Below, piece after piece: positions 18,436 to 28,943 of a stretch of 64,000 nucleotides of DNA. The DNA is from Minisyncoccia bacterium (GTDB lineage: Bacteria > Patescibacteriota > Minisyncoccia > Phycocordibacterales > UBA1006). The notes beneath the pieces are model-generated. The model was given only the letters and a program-made list of their open reading frames with translations, was not told the origin of the DNA and searched no databases. Made by a program: the position numbers and the translations under genes. The stretch spans positions 12,372-76,371 of the forward strand of contig JBGATS010000003.1 of assembly GCA_044229075.1 (NCBI GenBank), in the 5' to 3' direction. Numbering within the stretch: the first letter of the stretch is position 1; each line of letters starts with the position of its first letter.

Positions 18436-18846
18436 TTATCGTTTTGACCATTGAGAACTCTTTCGAGCTTTCTTTAATCCGAATTTACGTCGTTCTTTTG
18501 CACGTGCATCACGTTTTAGAAATCCAGCCTTCTTCAAATCAGTTTTGAAATCTTCATTGATTTTTACTAACGCTCGTGAAATTCCATGACGAACAGATTC
18601 TGCTTGAGAATGAATACCTCCTCCAGAAACAACAACAGATACAGAATATTCTGCTACGTTTTCTGCTGTATGCAACGGAGCAAGTGCTGTTTTGTGAAGT
18701 TCAGAGGTTGGGAAATAATCATTCACTGGTCGATTATTGACTACCACTGATGTTTTTTCTGCAGGAATCAAACGCACCTGTGCAGTGGATGTTTTTCGAC
18801 GCCCAATGGCAACGGTGTATTTTGTTTGGTGAGTTGATGTTGACAT
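18436..18846 (-). CDS. rpsI: 30S ribosomal protein S9
   Basis: GGGIHSQAESVRHGISRAL...RDARAKERRKFGLKKARK...SKR, uS9 C-terminus. Confidence 0.9.
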   Translation of the reverse strand: MSTSTHQTKYTVAIGRRKTSTAQVRLIPAEKTSVVVNNRPVNDYFPTSELHKTALAPLHTAENVAEYSVSVVVSGGGIHSQAESVRHGISRALVKINEDFKTDLKKAGFLKRDARAKERRKFGLKKARKSSQWSKR

Positions 18847-18860
18847 AGTGATAATAATAA

Positions 18861-19199
18861 TTAATCAATAACGGTAAGTTTTTTCAAGATTTCTTCTCGT
18901 AATTTATTACGAGGAAGCATTCCTCGAACAGTTCGGTAGATAACCTCCCCCATTCCACGACGCTTGATGAGATTTCCTCGAGTTTCGTGTTTGAGACCTC
19001 CTGGGTATCCTGAATAGGTTTTGTACGTGTCATCCATTTTATCTAGTAAATCAATTTTTGAAGCATTGATAACCTCTACCTGATTCCCTGAAATTTTGTT
19101 AGGGGCAAAATCAGGAGAATTTTTTCCTCGCAAAATCATCGCAATTTCTGTTGCAAGTCTCCCTAGTTTTTTATTAGTTGCATCAAGTGTGTGTTTCAT
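18861..19199 (-). CDS. rplM: 50S ribosomal protein L13 (short, 112 aa)
   Basis: LGRLATEIAMILRGKNSPDFAPN...YSGYPGGLKHETRGNL..., uL13 core. The N-terminus is shorter than usual, with only 17 nt to the rplQ stop. Confidence 0.85.
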   Translation of the reverse strand: MKHTLDATNKKLGRLATEIAMILRGKNSPDFAPNKISGNQVEVINASKIDLLDKMDDTYKTYSGYPGGLKHETRGNLIKRRGMGEVIYRTVRGMLPRNKLREEILKKLTVID

Positions 19200-19216
19200 A
19201 AATAGCGGAAAGATGA

Positions 19217-19573
19217 TTAAACGAGTTCGATGAGCGCCATTGGCGCAGCATCACTGGCACGAGCTGGAAGTTTCATAATACGTGTATAGCCACCAGTACG
19301 GTCAGTATATTTTGGAGCGATATCGCGGATAATTTTTTGTGCTACGTCCAACTGTCCACCCATAGAAGCAGTGATAGTTCTGATAGTGGTAAGTGCTTGT
19401 CCATTTTTTGCACGTGTGATCATTTTTTCAACAAGTGGTCGGATCTCTTTTGCGCGCGCTTCTGTAGTCATGATACGACCCTCCATCACGAGCGCTCGAG
19501 TTAGTGACCGTAGAAAAGCACGGCGAACATTGGTCTTTCGTCCAAATTTTCGGTTTTTGTTATGGTGTCGCAT
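19217..19573 (-). CDS. rplQ: 50S ribosomal protein L17
   Basis: MRHHNKNRKFGRKTNVRRAFLRSL...TTEARAKEIRPLVEKMITRAK, bL17. Confidence 0.9.
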   Translation of the reverse strand: MRHHNKNRKFGRKTNVRRAFLRSLTRALVMEGRIMTTEARAKEIRPLVEKMITRAKNGQALTTIRTITASMGGQLDVAQKIIRDIAPKYTDRTGGYTRIMKLPARASDAAPMALIELV

Positions 19574-19620
19574 AATGGTTACAAAAGTGATTAATAAATA
19601 ATGGTAACAATACTACTGAT

Positions 19621-20631
19621 TTATTTTTTTAATGCAAGTCCGAAATCAGTGAGGACTTCTTTTAATTCTTTGAGTGCTTTTTCACCAAATCCAGCAAGTT
19701 CAAGAAGATCTTCCTCGGTTTTTTGGATTAACCCTCCTACTGTTCTAATTCCTGCATCAGATAATGCGTTGAGCGTTCTGGTAGAAAGCTGTATTGAATC
19801 AATACGAGTTTTCAACACATCAGTGAGATCAACTTTTTCTGCTGCATTGTCTTCATTAATACTATCATCAAGGTCGAGAGTGGTTGGTCGATGAGCAACT
19901 GGCTCTGGAATGATGAATTCCTTGAGATCGAGAATTGCTTTGAATTGATCAAGCATGATACGCATTGCAAGAGAAAGTATTTCTGATGGAGCTTGTGATC
20001 CGTCAGTATCGAGAATAACACGTAAACGGTTAAAATCTGTTCGATCCCCAACACGCATGTTTTCTACTTCATATGAAGCACGCACAATCGGGGTGAATAC
20101 TGCATCCATAATAATATGCCCAACTTCTGCTTTTTCCTTGATTAAAACTTCACGAGGAATCATTCCCAATCCTTTTGCAAGAGTAATATCAATTTCCAAA
20201 CGACCAGATTTATCAGTAATTTCTGCAATTGGTTGATCGGGGGTGAGTACTTCGGCAAGCCCTCCAGTTACAAATTCACCTGCAGTGATAATGCCTGGTT
20301 TTGTTGCTACCAGTGTAATCGTCACTGGTTCATCACCAATAACATGAAAACGAGCTCGTTTCAGGTTAAGGATAATATTCAACGTATCTTCACGCACACC
20401 GTTCAGTGTATCGAATTCGTGTGAAGCACCGTGGATTTTAAAAGAAATAATCCCAGTTCCAGGAATCGAAGAAAGAATAATTCTCCGTAATGAGTTTCCG
20501 AGGGTGTGTCCATATCCTGGAGCTAACCCCTCGATCTCATAAATGCCAGAAGTTTTTGATTCCGAAACCGTTTTAAATTTTGAAGGGAGAACAATTGAAG
20601 TAGAGTACATAGCGTTGTGAGGTGTCTCCAA
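19621..20631 (-). CDS. rpoA: DNA-directed RNA polymerase subunit alpha
   Basis: APGYGHTLGNSLRRIILSSIPG... N-terminal domain and C-terminal alpha-CTD (LSTRTLNALSDAGIRTVGGL). Confidence 0.95.
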   Translation of the reverse strand: METPHNAMYSTSIVLPSKFKTVSESKTSGIYEIEGLAPGYGHTLGNSLRRIILSSIPGTGIISFKIHGASHEFDTLNGVREDTLNIILNLKRARFHVIGDEPVTITLVATKPGIITAGEFVTGGLAEVLTPDQPIAEITDKSGRLEIDITLAKGLGMIPREVLIKEKAEVGHIIMDAVFTPIVRASYEVENMRVGDRTDFNRLRVILDTDGSQAPSEILSLAMRIMLDQFKAILDLKEFIIPEPVAHRPTTLDLDDSINEDNAAEKVDLTDVLKTRIDSIQLSTRTLNALSDAGIRTVGGLIQKTEEDLLELAGFGEKALKELKEVLTDFGLALKK

Positions 20632-20716
20632 AAGGAAACATTAGCATGCTAATGAAAAACTTGAAACGAATAGGTTCTAGAATATTCGATCCAAGGAAAC
20701 GCACCAATACTACAGA

Positions 20717-21316
20717 TTATCGACTGTAGAACTCGATCACTGCCTGAGGATTAAGAAACGGGTCAGTTTCTTTTGGAATTTCAGTAATTACTGCCTCGGT
20801 AAATTCGGGATTCCATTTCATCCAGTCAGGAGTTTTGTATCCTTTTAATTTTGCAGCGATTTCAGTAAAGAGTTTTGTTTTCTTACTTCCTTCACGGATT
20901 GTAATAACATCTCCTTTTTGAACCTGGTATGAAGGAATGTTCATTTTTTTCCCATTTACCAAGATATGACCGTGGGACACGATTTGTCGTGACAGTGCAC
21001 GTGATGATGCAAGTCCAAGTCGGTAGACAACATTGTCCAATCGTCGTTCCAAGAGTTGCGCGAGGAAACTTGCTGGTTTTACCGATTTACTGGTCATCGC
21101 AAGATTCACATAGTTTACGAATTGCTTTTCACGAACTCCATAAGAAAAACGAATTTTTTGTTTTTCAATAAACTGAAGGGCGTAATCAGAGCGTCGAACT
21201 CGTGTTTCTTTTTTCCCGGTTTTTTGACGAGCGAGGAATTTTTGGGTTTGACATTTTTCAAACATTCCTATCCCCAAACGACGACAGATTTTATATTTTT
21301 TAGTAGTTGCAGACAT
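20717..21316 (-). CDS. rpsD: 30S ribosomal protein S4
   Basis: LERRLDNVVYRLGLASSRALSRQIVSHGHILVNGKKMNIPSYQV, uS4 S4-domain. Confidence 0.9.
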   Translation of the reverse strand: MSATTKKYKICRRLGIGMFEKCQTQKFLARQKTGKKETRVRRSDYALQFIEKQKIRFSYGVREKQFVNYVNLAMTSKSVKPASFLAQLLERRLDNVVYRLGLASSRALSRQIVSHGHILVNGKKMNIPSYQVQKGDVITIREGSKKTKLFTEIAAKLKGYKTPDWMKWNPEFTEAVITEIPKETDPFLNPQAVIEFYSR

Positions 21317-21334
21317 AGAAATAATAACGAGAGA

Positions 21335-21769
21335 TTATACACGACGAGCCTTTTTTGGGCGCGGACCATTAAACGGTACAGGGGTTTTATCCTTGATTGA
21401 AATAATATCAATACCTCGAGCGATAAAAGATCGAATAGCTGATTCACGACCAGAACCAACACCTTTTACAACGATATCAACTTCTTTCAAACCGATCATT
21501 TGAGCTTTTTCTGCGAGAACTTCCCCAATTTTTGCAGCGGCAAAAGGTGTTGATTTTTTTGCTCCCTTGAAACCAAGAGATCCTGATGATGCTGACATGA
21601 TTGAGTTCCCGTCTTTGTCAGTTAATACCACCTTTGTGTTATTGTAGGTAGCCTGAACATGCAGGATTCCAGAAACCAGCTTTTTCTTTGGTACTCGTGA
21701 AAGTGCTCGATCTTTCAAGCTCTTATTAACACGTTGACCTTCTTGTTTTACAATTCGTTTTTTACCCAT
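21335..21769 (-). CDS. rpsK: 30S ribosomal protein S11
   Basis: GILHVQATYNNTKVVLTDKDGN...GFKGAKKSTPFAA...VKGVGSGRESAIR, uS11. Confidence 0.9.
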   Translation of the reverse strand: MGKKRIVKQEGQRVNKSLKDRALSRVPKKKLVSGILHVQATYNNTKVVLTDKDGNSIMSASSGSLGFKGAKKSTPFAAAKIGEVLAEKAQMIGLKEVDIVVKGVGSGRESAIRSFIARGIDIISIKDKTPVPFNGPRPKKARRV

Positions 21770-21813
21770 AGGAATACGGTTGAGAAATTAATAAATAATA
21801 GGAAAAATAAAAA

Positions 21814-22194
21814 CTATGTTTTACTTTCTTTACGACGACCAGACGACATAGTGGTTCGTTTGTTTCCGCGAACAGTTCGCGAGTTGGTTTTTGTTCGCTG
21901 ACCACGGGTTGGCAACCCTCGAGAGTGACGCATACCACGATATGAATCAATATCTTTTAACCGTTTTACATTTTGACTGACTTCTCGTTTTAAATTACCT
22001 TCCAATTTCATGTCTTCGGTAATTTTACGAACAGCAGCTTCTTCGTCAGAAGTGAGATCTTTTACTTTCTTTACAGGATCAACACCTGCTTGTGCTAAAA
22101 TATTATTTGCACGAGAAAGACCAATACCATAAATCGCGGTAAGTCCATATTGTGCTTGTTTATTGTCAGGGAGAGTAATACCTAAAATACGCAT
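21814..22194 (-). CDS. rpsM: 30S ribosomal protein S13
   Basis: MRILGITLPDNKQAQYGLTAIYGIGLSRAN...DSYRGMRHSRGLPTRGQRTKTN, uS13. Confidence 0.9.
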   Translation of the reverse strand: MRILGITLPDNKQAQYGLTAIYGIGLSRANNILAQAGVDPVKKVKDLTSDEEAAVRKITEDMKLEGNLKREVSQNVKRLKDIDSYRGMRHSRGLPTRGQRTKTNSRTVRGNKRTTMSSGRRKESKT

Positions 22195-22208
22195 AAGAAA
22201 ATGAAAAA

Positions 22209-22322
22209 TTATTGACGCGCTTTGTGGCGTGGATTTTTTTTGTTAATACGATACAGACGACCATTTCGACGAACAATAATGTCATCTGGACTAATTTTTT
22301 TAATGGATGATTGTACCTTCAT
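22209..22322 (-). CDS. rpmJ: 50S ribosomal protein L36 (Cys-less, non-zinc-ribbon variant; 37 aa, missed by the ORF track)
   Basis: Manual translation of the minus strand gives [37 protein letters not shown], with bL36 spacing and basic residues but no Cys/His zinc ligands. Located between infA and rpsM as in canonical operons. Confidence 0.75.
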   Translation of the reverse strand: MKVQSSIKKISPDDIIVRRNGRLYRINKKNPRHKARQ

Positions 22323-22448
22323 GAAAAATAGCAGGCGTCATAACACACTCAAAACACAAAAAGTGTTATGAACGAGCAAGCCCAAGAAAACTTATTACTA
22401 ATAAAAAATATAAAACACGGTTATTGTGCAAAAAACAATCTAGCACAA

Positions 22449-22670
22449 TTACATTCTTTTGACAATACGTCCTTTCCCACCGTATGGGTCTAACAGCACA
22501 GAGACTTGATCACCTAATAATACTTTGATCCTATGGAGTTTCATCTTTCCAGAAAGATAGGCAACGATGATATCATCAGTGTCTTTTATCTTCACGCGAA
22601 ACATCGCGTTAGGAAGTGATTCAGTTACCGAAGCTAATACGATGTTATCGTCATTGTTGTGAGTACTCAT
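22449..22670 (-). CDS. infA: translation initiation factor IF-1
   Basis: NIVLASVTESLPNAMFRVKIKDTDDIIVAYLSGKMKLHRIKVLLGDQVSVLLDPYGGKGRIVKRM, canonical S1-like IF-1. Start placed at the second ATG (73 aa). Confidence 0.85.
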   Translation of the reverse strand: MSTHNNDDNIVLASVTESLPNAMFRVKIKDTDDIIVAYLSGKMKLHRIKVLLGDQVSVLLDPYGGKGRIVKRM

Positions 22671-22804
22671 AAATAAAGAATACATTCAATATAGCAAAAT
22701 ACAATAAAAAGTCAAGGAAAACAAATACTTTATTAGCAAATTCTTTTCTTGATGGGAATACTTTACTCAAAAAAGATACTTTGGGTATCTTTTTTGAGGA
22801 TTTT

Positions 22805-24175
22805 TTACACCTTTTTATAATCGATCGAGACGAGAATTCTCCGTGCCTGATCAGTTATCCGAGATATCCATAGTGGCCAGATACGAATTGATACCGTTTC
22901 TATTCCTGGAATTTCTCGAACCGTATTAATTGCATCTGTTTTTTTCTTTCGCGCAACGAGTGGTTTAATTGTTTCGTTATCCAGCTTTGCGCGTGCAGTG
23001 AATGAACCGGAAAGTATAATAGGAATTTGTTTTTCCTGATGAGTGCCAGTATATGACGGTGCCAATTGCATGGTCACGGTATTACTCTGGAAAACAGTCA
23101 TAAATGATTGTTCTGTTGCAGGAATACTCGTATTCAAGAGAAATGTATCCAGGTCATCACGCGCAATCATGTATCCAGTAATCGTACGTTCTGCAGTCAT
23201 TACCATCCCATGATCCGTTGCTATTACCGCATAAACAGGTTCAGACACACTGACTAATGATTCTGGAACACGGTAGGTTACCGGAATTTGATTTGCAAGA
23301 AATGATACAGGATGAGTAGTACTCATCATCGTTTGGAGTGTCGTTTTTGCACTTTCTGCGGCAGCCTCATTAATAACAGGCTTCCCTATTGTTGAACCTC
23401 CTGTTATTTCTGTGATTGACCGACCGATGAGACCGTTCCCCAATGTAAAATCATCACGTCCGACATTTCCTGTTTCTCCGGGAATAGTTGCTACAATAGC
23501 AACATCGATAGATCCTGGCGTAGTCGGTGTCCCTGCAGGTACCACAACTGGTTTTTCTGTAACAAACACTGTCTTATTCGTACTCACCACCTTTGTACCT
23601 ACAGGAAGATTCTGTGATTTTCCTTGAGAAAATATTCTGATGGTTCCCGATGCTTTTGTTTCCGATGTATCGGTACCTGTTACAGACTCTGGTGGGATCG
23701 AGACGGTTTGTCGATCAATTGCCTGAGCAAACTTGAATCCAAGATCGTTTTCACCAGGTTCCAGATAAACAGTTACTTCTTTTGAGACTGGATAGTCAAC
23801 CTCTCTGAGCTGTACTGCAACATGTGTTCGTGACAGTGACGACATACCAATAACAATTAATACTACTGCGGCTAGTGCTACGAGCCACCATAAAACACCT
23901 GCTCTTATTTTCTGGGTTGGACTATCATTTGATGAATCATCACGATACGAAGAATTTTTTTTCGGTGATACGTATTCATGTTCTCTGTAGTCGCGAGTTA
24001 TTTGTTGCGTTTTTTTTCTCGAGTCATGAAAAGTAGTGATAGGTTTTTCTTGTGAAGAAGTGCTCGATACTGGGACACTATGCATTTCACCATCGCGAAC
24101 TGCATAACGAGCAATAAGCCGGTTTTCCGGCGTACGTTTTTTAATAACCATGTCTTGTCCTACTTTTCTTGGCAT
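22805..24175 (-). CDS. membrane-anchored hypothetical protein (456 aa; one TM near residue 95-115, T/V-rich extracytoplasmic region)
   Basis: LWWLVALAAVVLIVIGM TM segment. No recognisable catalytic motifs. Co-oriented with the upstream 388-aa ORF. Confidence 0.4.
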   Translation of the reverse strand: MPRKVGQDMVIKKRTPENRLIARYAVRDGEMHSVPVSSTSSQEKPITTFHDSRKKTQQITRDYREHEYVSPKKNSSYRDDSSNDSPTQKIRAGVLWWLVALAAVVLIVIGMSSLSRTHVAVQLREVDYPVSKEVTVYLEPGENDLGFKFAQAIDRQTVSIPPESVTGTDTSETKASGTIRIFSQGKSQNLPVGTKVVSTNKTVFVTEKPVVVPAGTPTTPGSIDVAIVATIPGETGNVGRDDFTLGNGLIGRSITEITGGSTIGKPVINEAAAESAKTTLQTMMSTTHPVSFLANQIPVTYRVPESLVSVSEPVYAVIATDHGMVMTAERTITGYMIARDDLDTFLLNTSIPATEQSFMTVFQSNTVTMQLAPSYTGTHQEKQIPIILSGSFTARAKLDNETIKPLVARKKKTDAINTVREIPGIETVSIRIWPLWISRITDQARRILVSIDYKKV

Positions 24176-24192
24176 AAAAAATATATGGAAAA

Positions 24193-25359
24193 TTATTCTG
24201 AATGAAGCGTAGTGATAATCATGACATCTTCCGCAGGCAGATCATCCGGAACTCTCCAGGCAAAATCTGGTCTCTGATTGAGGATTGTTGTCATGCGGAC
24301 TTGGGTATTCCCGAATACTACCGCGAATGCACTGGTATCGTGTTGTACTTGATACATAAAAAACTGAAACAATGGATCCGCCTCGTCACCAACCCAAACA
24401 ACGGTATCAACAGTATCTCCGTGTATTACTGCATGATGACAATAGGTATGAAAATCTTTTTCCCAATTTCGATAAATTCTGTAAAGATGGGTTTCCAATC
24501 TCTTGGTGATTGCACCCGACAAAAGACCCTTGCTATACAGTGTGAGTAATGATTCAAGCTCTTTTGGAAATATTCCCAACATATCTGCGAGTTCTGCTCG
24601 AGCCTGTGATAATCCCGTAGGAAGTGTTCCCATCTGTTGAAGGTATCCTTTTTGAAAAATAAATAAATCAGTCGTATACCCCACAGGATGCATAATCAAA
24701 CAATTCTGAAACTCTCCATAGCGATGGTAATATTCAATACAATGTGCATGATAATGACGAACAGAAATACTCCGCAGTGGAATTTTCAGTGCCTCATGGA
24801 GAATCTTTTTACAAAGTGAAACAATCTGTGGATCAGTATATCCTACCAAATACTGTACTGATAGCGATTGTGTTGTACGTCCCCACGGATCACCAATATG
24901 ATACCCAGATAATGCAACCTCACGATAATGCACCTCTGGTCGTAATTCAGAAAATTCTGTAGGGAGTTGATATTCTCGTTCCATTTTTTTCATATCACGA
25001 GCAATTAATTCATCTATGAACTTCTCAGTAACCGTAAAGGGTGTCTTCCGTGAATAGCTAATCTGTCGATTAATACTCTGCGCCCATGGCTCAGAAATAA
25101 CAATATGACCGAACGAAGGTCGCGGCGCTCCCTGTTGTATCAATGTATTCACCATACGACGAATAATTAATTGTGCGTGATGTAACAGCTGATCATAATA
25201 ATGTCGATCATCGTGTAAAAATAATGAAAACGATTCGCGGATAGACGCAACAATTTTTCTGGTATTTTTTTCGATAATGAGCAGAGAAATTTCAGAACTA
25301 TCAACACGACAAATAATCCCGAAAATATCATCATGTTGTGACGGAAAAAGAAGTGACAT
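24193..25359 (-). CDS. hypothetical protein, possibly divergent actin-like ATPase (FtsA/PilM-like fold)
   Basis: N-terminus GIICRVDSSEISLLIIE resembles a degenerate phosphate-1 motif of ASKHA ATPases. This is a weak, inference-only call. Confidence 0.3.
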   Translation of the reverse strand: MSLLFPSQHDDIFGIICRVDSSEISLLIIEKNTRKIVASIRESFSLFLHDDRHYYDQLLHHAQLIIRRMVNTLIQQGAPRPSFGHIVISEPWAQSINRQISYSRKTPFTVTEKFIDELIARDMKKMEREYQLPTEFSELRPEVHYREVALSGYHIGDPWGRTTQSLSVQYLVGYTDPQIVSLCKKILHEALKIPLRSISVRHYHAHCIEYYHRYGEFQNCLIMHPVGYTTDLFIFQKGYLQQMGTLPTGLSQARAELADMLGIFPKELESLLTLYSKGLLSGAITKRLETHLYRIYRNWEKDFHTYCHHAVIHGDTVDTVVWVGDEADPLFQFFMYQVQHDTSAFAVVFGNTQVRMTTILNQRPDFAWRVPDDLPAEDVMIITTLHSE

Positions 25360-25390
25360 AGAATACGTTCATTGTATCATATTGCTACCC

Positions 25391-25423
25391 AAAAAACAAA
25401 AACACCCAGTTGGGGTGTTTTTG
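25391..25423. terminator. rho-independent terminator downstream of fusA
   Basis: aaaaacaccc-agtt-ggggtgttttt. No tuf follows fusA. Confidence 0.6.
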
Positions 25424-25431
25424 GAAATCTA

Positions 25432-27582
25432 TTATTTTCGAGATTTAATAACTTCATCAGCAACGTTCTGAGGAACAATATCATATCGTGCAGGTTCCAT
25501 GTTGAACGATCCACGACCTTCAGTCATTGATCGGAGTGTTGACATGTATCCAAACATTTCTGATAGAGGAATAATCGCCCGAACGACTTTCGCCATTCCC
25601 CGATCATCCACTGATTCAATCTGTCCACGTTTTGATGAAACGTTTCCAGTAATATCCCCAAGGAATTTTTCTGGAATAACGATTTCAACATTCATCATCG
25701 GCTCGAGAATCACTGGACGAGCTTTTTGAACAGCTTCTTGAACAGCTTGAGATGCTGCAATTTTGAAGGCAATTTCACTGGAGTCTACATCATGGTATGA
25801 ACCATCAAACAATTCAACAGAAAGGTCTACAATTGGATATCCTGCCAATACTCCTCGAGACATCGCCTCGCGAGCACCTTTTTCTACTGCAGGAATATAT
25901 TCTTGTGGAACAACGCCTCCTTTAATGTTGTTAATGAATTCCATTCCATCGACACGTTTTGCATTCTTTGGAAGGTCTTCAATTGCTACAGAGTAATCCA
26001 ACGGTTTTACTCGCAATTTCACATGTCCGTATTGTCCCTTACCTCCTGACTGTTTTACGTATTTGTTTTCTACTTCTGTTTCACCAGTAATAGTTTCTTT
26101 ATACGCTACCTGTGGACGTCCTGTATTTGCTTCAACATTGAATTCTCGCTTCATACGGTCAACAATAATATCCAAGTGGAGTTCTCCCATTCCCCAGATA
26201 ATAGTGTCTCCTGTCTCACTATCAGTCGTTACCCGAAATGTTGGATCCTCTCCAGTTAATCGTGACAACGCCATACCCATTTTTTCTTGGTCGGCTTTTG
26301 TTTTTGGTTCGATCTTGAGACTGATTACTGGTTCTGGGATTTTAATTTCTTCGAGGATGATTGGGTGTGCAGGATCACAGAGTGTGTCTGAGGTTTTTGT
26401 ATCCTTGAGTCCTACTGCAGCAGCAATATCTCCTGCAAATACTTTTTTCACCTCTTCACGTTCATTGGCATGCATACGCAAAATTCGTCCGATACGCTCT
26501 TTCTGTCCTGTATGTGTGTTGAGCACATAAGAACCAGCCTCCAATGTTCCAGAATATACACGGAAGAAGATAAGTTGTCCTACGAATGGGTCAGTTGCAA
26601 CCTTAAACGCAAGCGCTGCAAACGGTTCTGTATCTGATGCTTTACGAGTAAGTTCTGCACCAGTGTCAGGATGAACACCTTTTGGTGAAGCAATATCCGT
26701 TGGTGCTGGTAAATAATCAACCACGGCGTCCAATACTAATTGAACTCCTTTGTTTTTTAATGCAGTTCCCGTAAACACTGGAACGAGTTTGTTTGCAATT
26801 ACAGCTTTTCGAGCTGTGGCTTTTAATTTATCAAGTGGAAAATCAGTTTTTCCATCGAGAAATTCCATCATCATTTCTTCGTCATGTTCTACAATTTTTT
26901 CAACGAGAATAGCATGGTATTTTTCTGCATCAGCTTTTAGATTTTCTGGGATCTCTTTTTCAATAACATCTTTCCCCATTTCACCTTCAAAGTAGTACGC
27001 TTTCATGCGGAGTAGGTCAACGACTCCTTCTACTTGATCCTCTTCTCCGATAGGGATTTGGAATCGAACAGCGTTTTTAGTAAGTCGATCAAGAATCGAA
27101 GCAAATGATCGTTCGAACGATGCACCGGTTCGATCAAGCTTATTAATAAAACAAATTCGTGGAACGTTCCCTTCATCTGCGTATCGCCAGTTGGTTTCTG
27201 ATTGTGGTTCAACCCCAGCAACCCCGTCAAATACTACTACCGCACCGTCAAGTACACGCAACGATCGACGTACCTCAATGGTAAAGTCGATGTGTCCAGG
27301 GGTATCAATAACGTTGAAGCGAGTTTTTTGTGAAGCGTCTTTTTTGTCTGCTATATAGGTTGGTGTCCAAAAACAAGTTGTCGCAGCAGAGGTAATCGTG
27401 ATTCCTCGTTCTTTTTCCTGTTCCATCCAGTCCATCGTTGCTGCACCATCATGCACCTCACCAATTTTGTGAGACATACCGGTGTAGAACAAAATACGTT
27501 CTGAGGTGGTAGTTTTTCCGGCATCGATGTGGGCAATCACCCCAAAGTTTCTGGTTTTTTCAAGTGGATAATCTCGTTGCAT
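25432..27582 (-). CDS. fusA: translation elongation factor G
   Basis: [24 protein letters not shown]... and five-domain EF-G architecture, 716 aa. Confidence 0.95.
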   Translation of the reverse strand: MQRDYPLEKTRNFGVIAHIDAGKTTTSERILFYTGMSHKIGEVHDGAATMDWMEQEKERGITITSAATTCFWTPTYIADKKDASQKTRFNVIDTPGHIDFTIEVRRSLRVLDGAVVVFDGVAGVEPQSETNWRYADEGNVPRICFINKLDRTGASFERSFASILDRLTKNAVRFQIPIGEEDQVEGVVDLLRMKAYYFEGEMGKDVIEKEIPENLKADAEKYHAILVEKIVEHDEEMMMEFLDGKTDFPLDKLKATARKAVIANKLVPVFTGTALKNKGVQLVLDAVVDYLPAPTDIASPKGVHPDTGAELTRKASDTEPFAALAFKVATDPFVGQLIFFRVYSGTLEAGSYVLNTHTGQKERIGRILRMHANEREEVKKVFAGDIAAAVGLKDTKTSDTLCDPAHPIILEEIKIPEPVISLKIEPKTKADQEKMGMALSRLTGEDPTFRVTTDSETGDTIIWGMGELHLDIIVDRMKREFNVEANTGRPQVAYKETITGETEVENKYVKQSGGKGQYGHVKLRVKPLDYSVAIEDLPKNAKRVDGMEFINNIKGGVVPQEYIPAVEKGAREAMSRGVLAGYPIVDLSVELFDGSYHDVDSSEIAFKIAASQAVQEAVQKARPVILEPMMNVEIVIPEKFLGDITGNVSSKRGQIESVDDRGMAKVVRAIIPLSEMFGYMSTLRSMTEGRGSFNMEPARYDIVPQNVADEVIKSRK

Positions 27583-27615
27583 AAATAAATAAAAGGATAA
27601 TGAATAATAAATATA

Positions 27616-28086
27616 TTACCAAGCAAAGTGTGCGAACGCTTTGTTTGCTTCTGCCATTTTATGGGTGTTGTCTCGTTTTGCAACAGCAGCACCCTCATTA
27701 TTGCTGGCAGCAATAATTTCTGCAGCCAATCGATCAGCCATTGGGGCAGCTTTCTTTGATCGAGCAGCGTCAATAATCCATCGAATCGCCAGGGCAAGTC
27801 GTCGTTCTGGACGAACCTCTCGGGGAACCTGATAGTTTGCACCTCCCACACGACGAGATCGAACCTCAGTCAATGGTCCTGTGTTTTTTAATGCAAGTTC
27901 GAACACTTCGAGAGGATTTTCATTTCCGGTTTTCTCGGTGATAATAGTAAAAGCACCGTACACAATTTTTCGTGCAACTTCTTTTTTTCCTTCCCACATA
28001 ACACAGTTAATAAATTTTTCAACTCGTGTTGAACCATATTTTACATCTGGTTTTGGAATATTTCTATTCGTGATTTTATATCGCAT
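27616..28086 (-). CDS. rpsG: 30S ribosomal protein S7
   Basis: Canonical uS7 sequence (…[20 protein letters not shown]…). Confidence 0.95.
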   Translation of the reverse strand: MRYKITNRNIPKPDVKYGSTRVEKFINCVMWEGKKEVARKIVYGAFTIITEKTGNENPLEVFELALKNTGPLTEVRSRRVGGANYQVPREVRPERRLALAIRWIIDAARSKKAAPMADRLAAEIIAASNNEGAAVAKRDNTHKMAEANKAFAHFAW

Positions 28087-28108
28087 AGTATAAATGAAAA
28101 ATAACTAA

Positions 28109-28522
28109 TTAAGCTTTTGGCCGTTTTGCACCATAACGAGATCGACCATTTTTTCGGTTTGCAACACCTTGCGCATCGAGTACACCACGAACAACTGTAT
28201 AACGAACCCCGATGAGGTCTTTTACACGTCCTGATCGGAGCAACACCACAGAGTGTTCTTGGAGATTATGTTTAATACCTGGAATGTAAGCAGTAACTTC
28301 CATTCCATTAGAAAGTCGAACACGGCAGATTTTTCGAACCGCAGAGTTTGGTTTCTTTGGGGTGGTGGTAGTTACCTTGGTACACACCCCTCGTTTAAAC
28401 GGAGATGGATAAAATGTTGGACGATTTTCAAGAGAGTTAAACCCACGACGTAGTGCCATCGCTTTTGGTTTATACACAATCTTTTTTCGTCCCTTTTTTG
28501 AGAGTTGGTTAATAGTTGGCAT
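28109..28522 (-). CDS. rpsL: 30S ribosomal protein S12 (about 13-aa insertion near N-terminus)
   Basis: [40 protein letters not shown]...[18 protein letters not shown]. Extra segment [15 protein letters not shown] before the conserved PxKRGVC. Confidence 0.95.
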   Translation of the reverse strand: MPTINQLSKKGRKKIVYKPKAMALRRGFNSLENRPTFYPSPFKRGVCTKVTTTTPKKPNSAVRKICRVRLSNGMEVTAYIPGIKHNLQEHSVVLLRSGRVKDLIGVRYTVVRGVLDAQGVANRKNGRSRYGAKRPKA

Positions 28523-28880
28523 AGTGAATAAGCAACAAAAATAGATAAAAGGATAATAAACTTCCCTTGGAAAGTGATAACGTTTCCCAAGAGAACAAGC
28601 ATAATGTAAAAACCCGACATTATGAACAGGAGCTAAATTCGCAATAGGAATACCCTATTGTGTCCTACACAAGACATGTAAGCAATTATACAAAAAAACA
28701 ATAAAAAATCAAGTAGATTATTTTTTGCTAGATATCTCAAGAATTAATCATTAAAATTCATAAAAATATATGTAAGACTCCCCCAATGCTTTACGGAACA
28801 CACCAAGCAGTATACGAGTGTTTATATTATGTCGATTTCTTAAATGGTTTACCCTGTATCTATATTAACACAGAGTCGGA

Positions 28881-28905
28881 CCAATACAGAGCATCGAAGT
28901 ATTAA
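28881..28905 (+). other. recurrent intergenic hairpin motif, copy 1 (CCAATAC-AGAGCATCGAA-GTATT)
   Basis: 5-bp stem AAUAC/GUAUU around the conserved 11-nt loop AGAGCAYYGAR. Lies in the long leader between tRNA-Thr and rpsL. Confidence 0.4.
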
Positions 28906-28943
28906 AATCAAATGTTTTAAAACTTATTAGAAATTTCCGTATT

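Noticed and set aside
25360-25431. tuf gene downstream of fusA
   Set aside because: Only a 72-nt spacer with a terminator hairpin lies between fusA and the next gene, so tuf is not in this window.
28620-28943. Possible ncRNA gene in the long leader upstream of rpsL
   Set aside because: Apart from the small recurrent hairpin motif, no convincing extended secondary structure or known RNA family signature could be recognised by eye. It is treated as a 5-prime UTR or promoter region.
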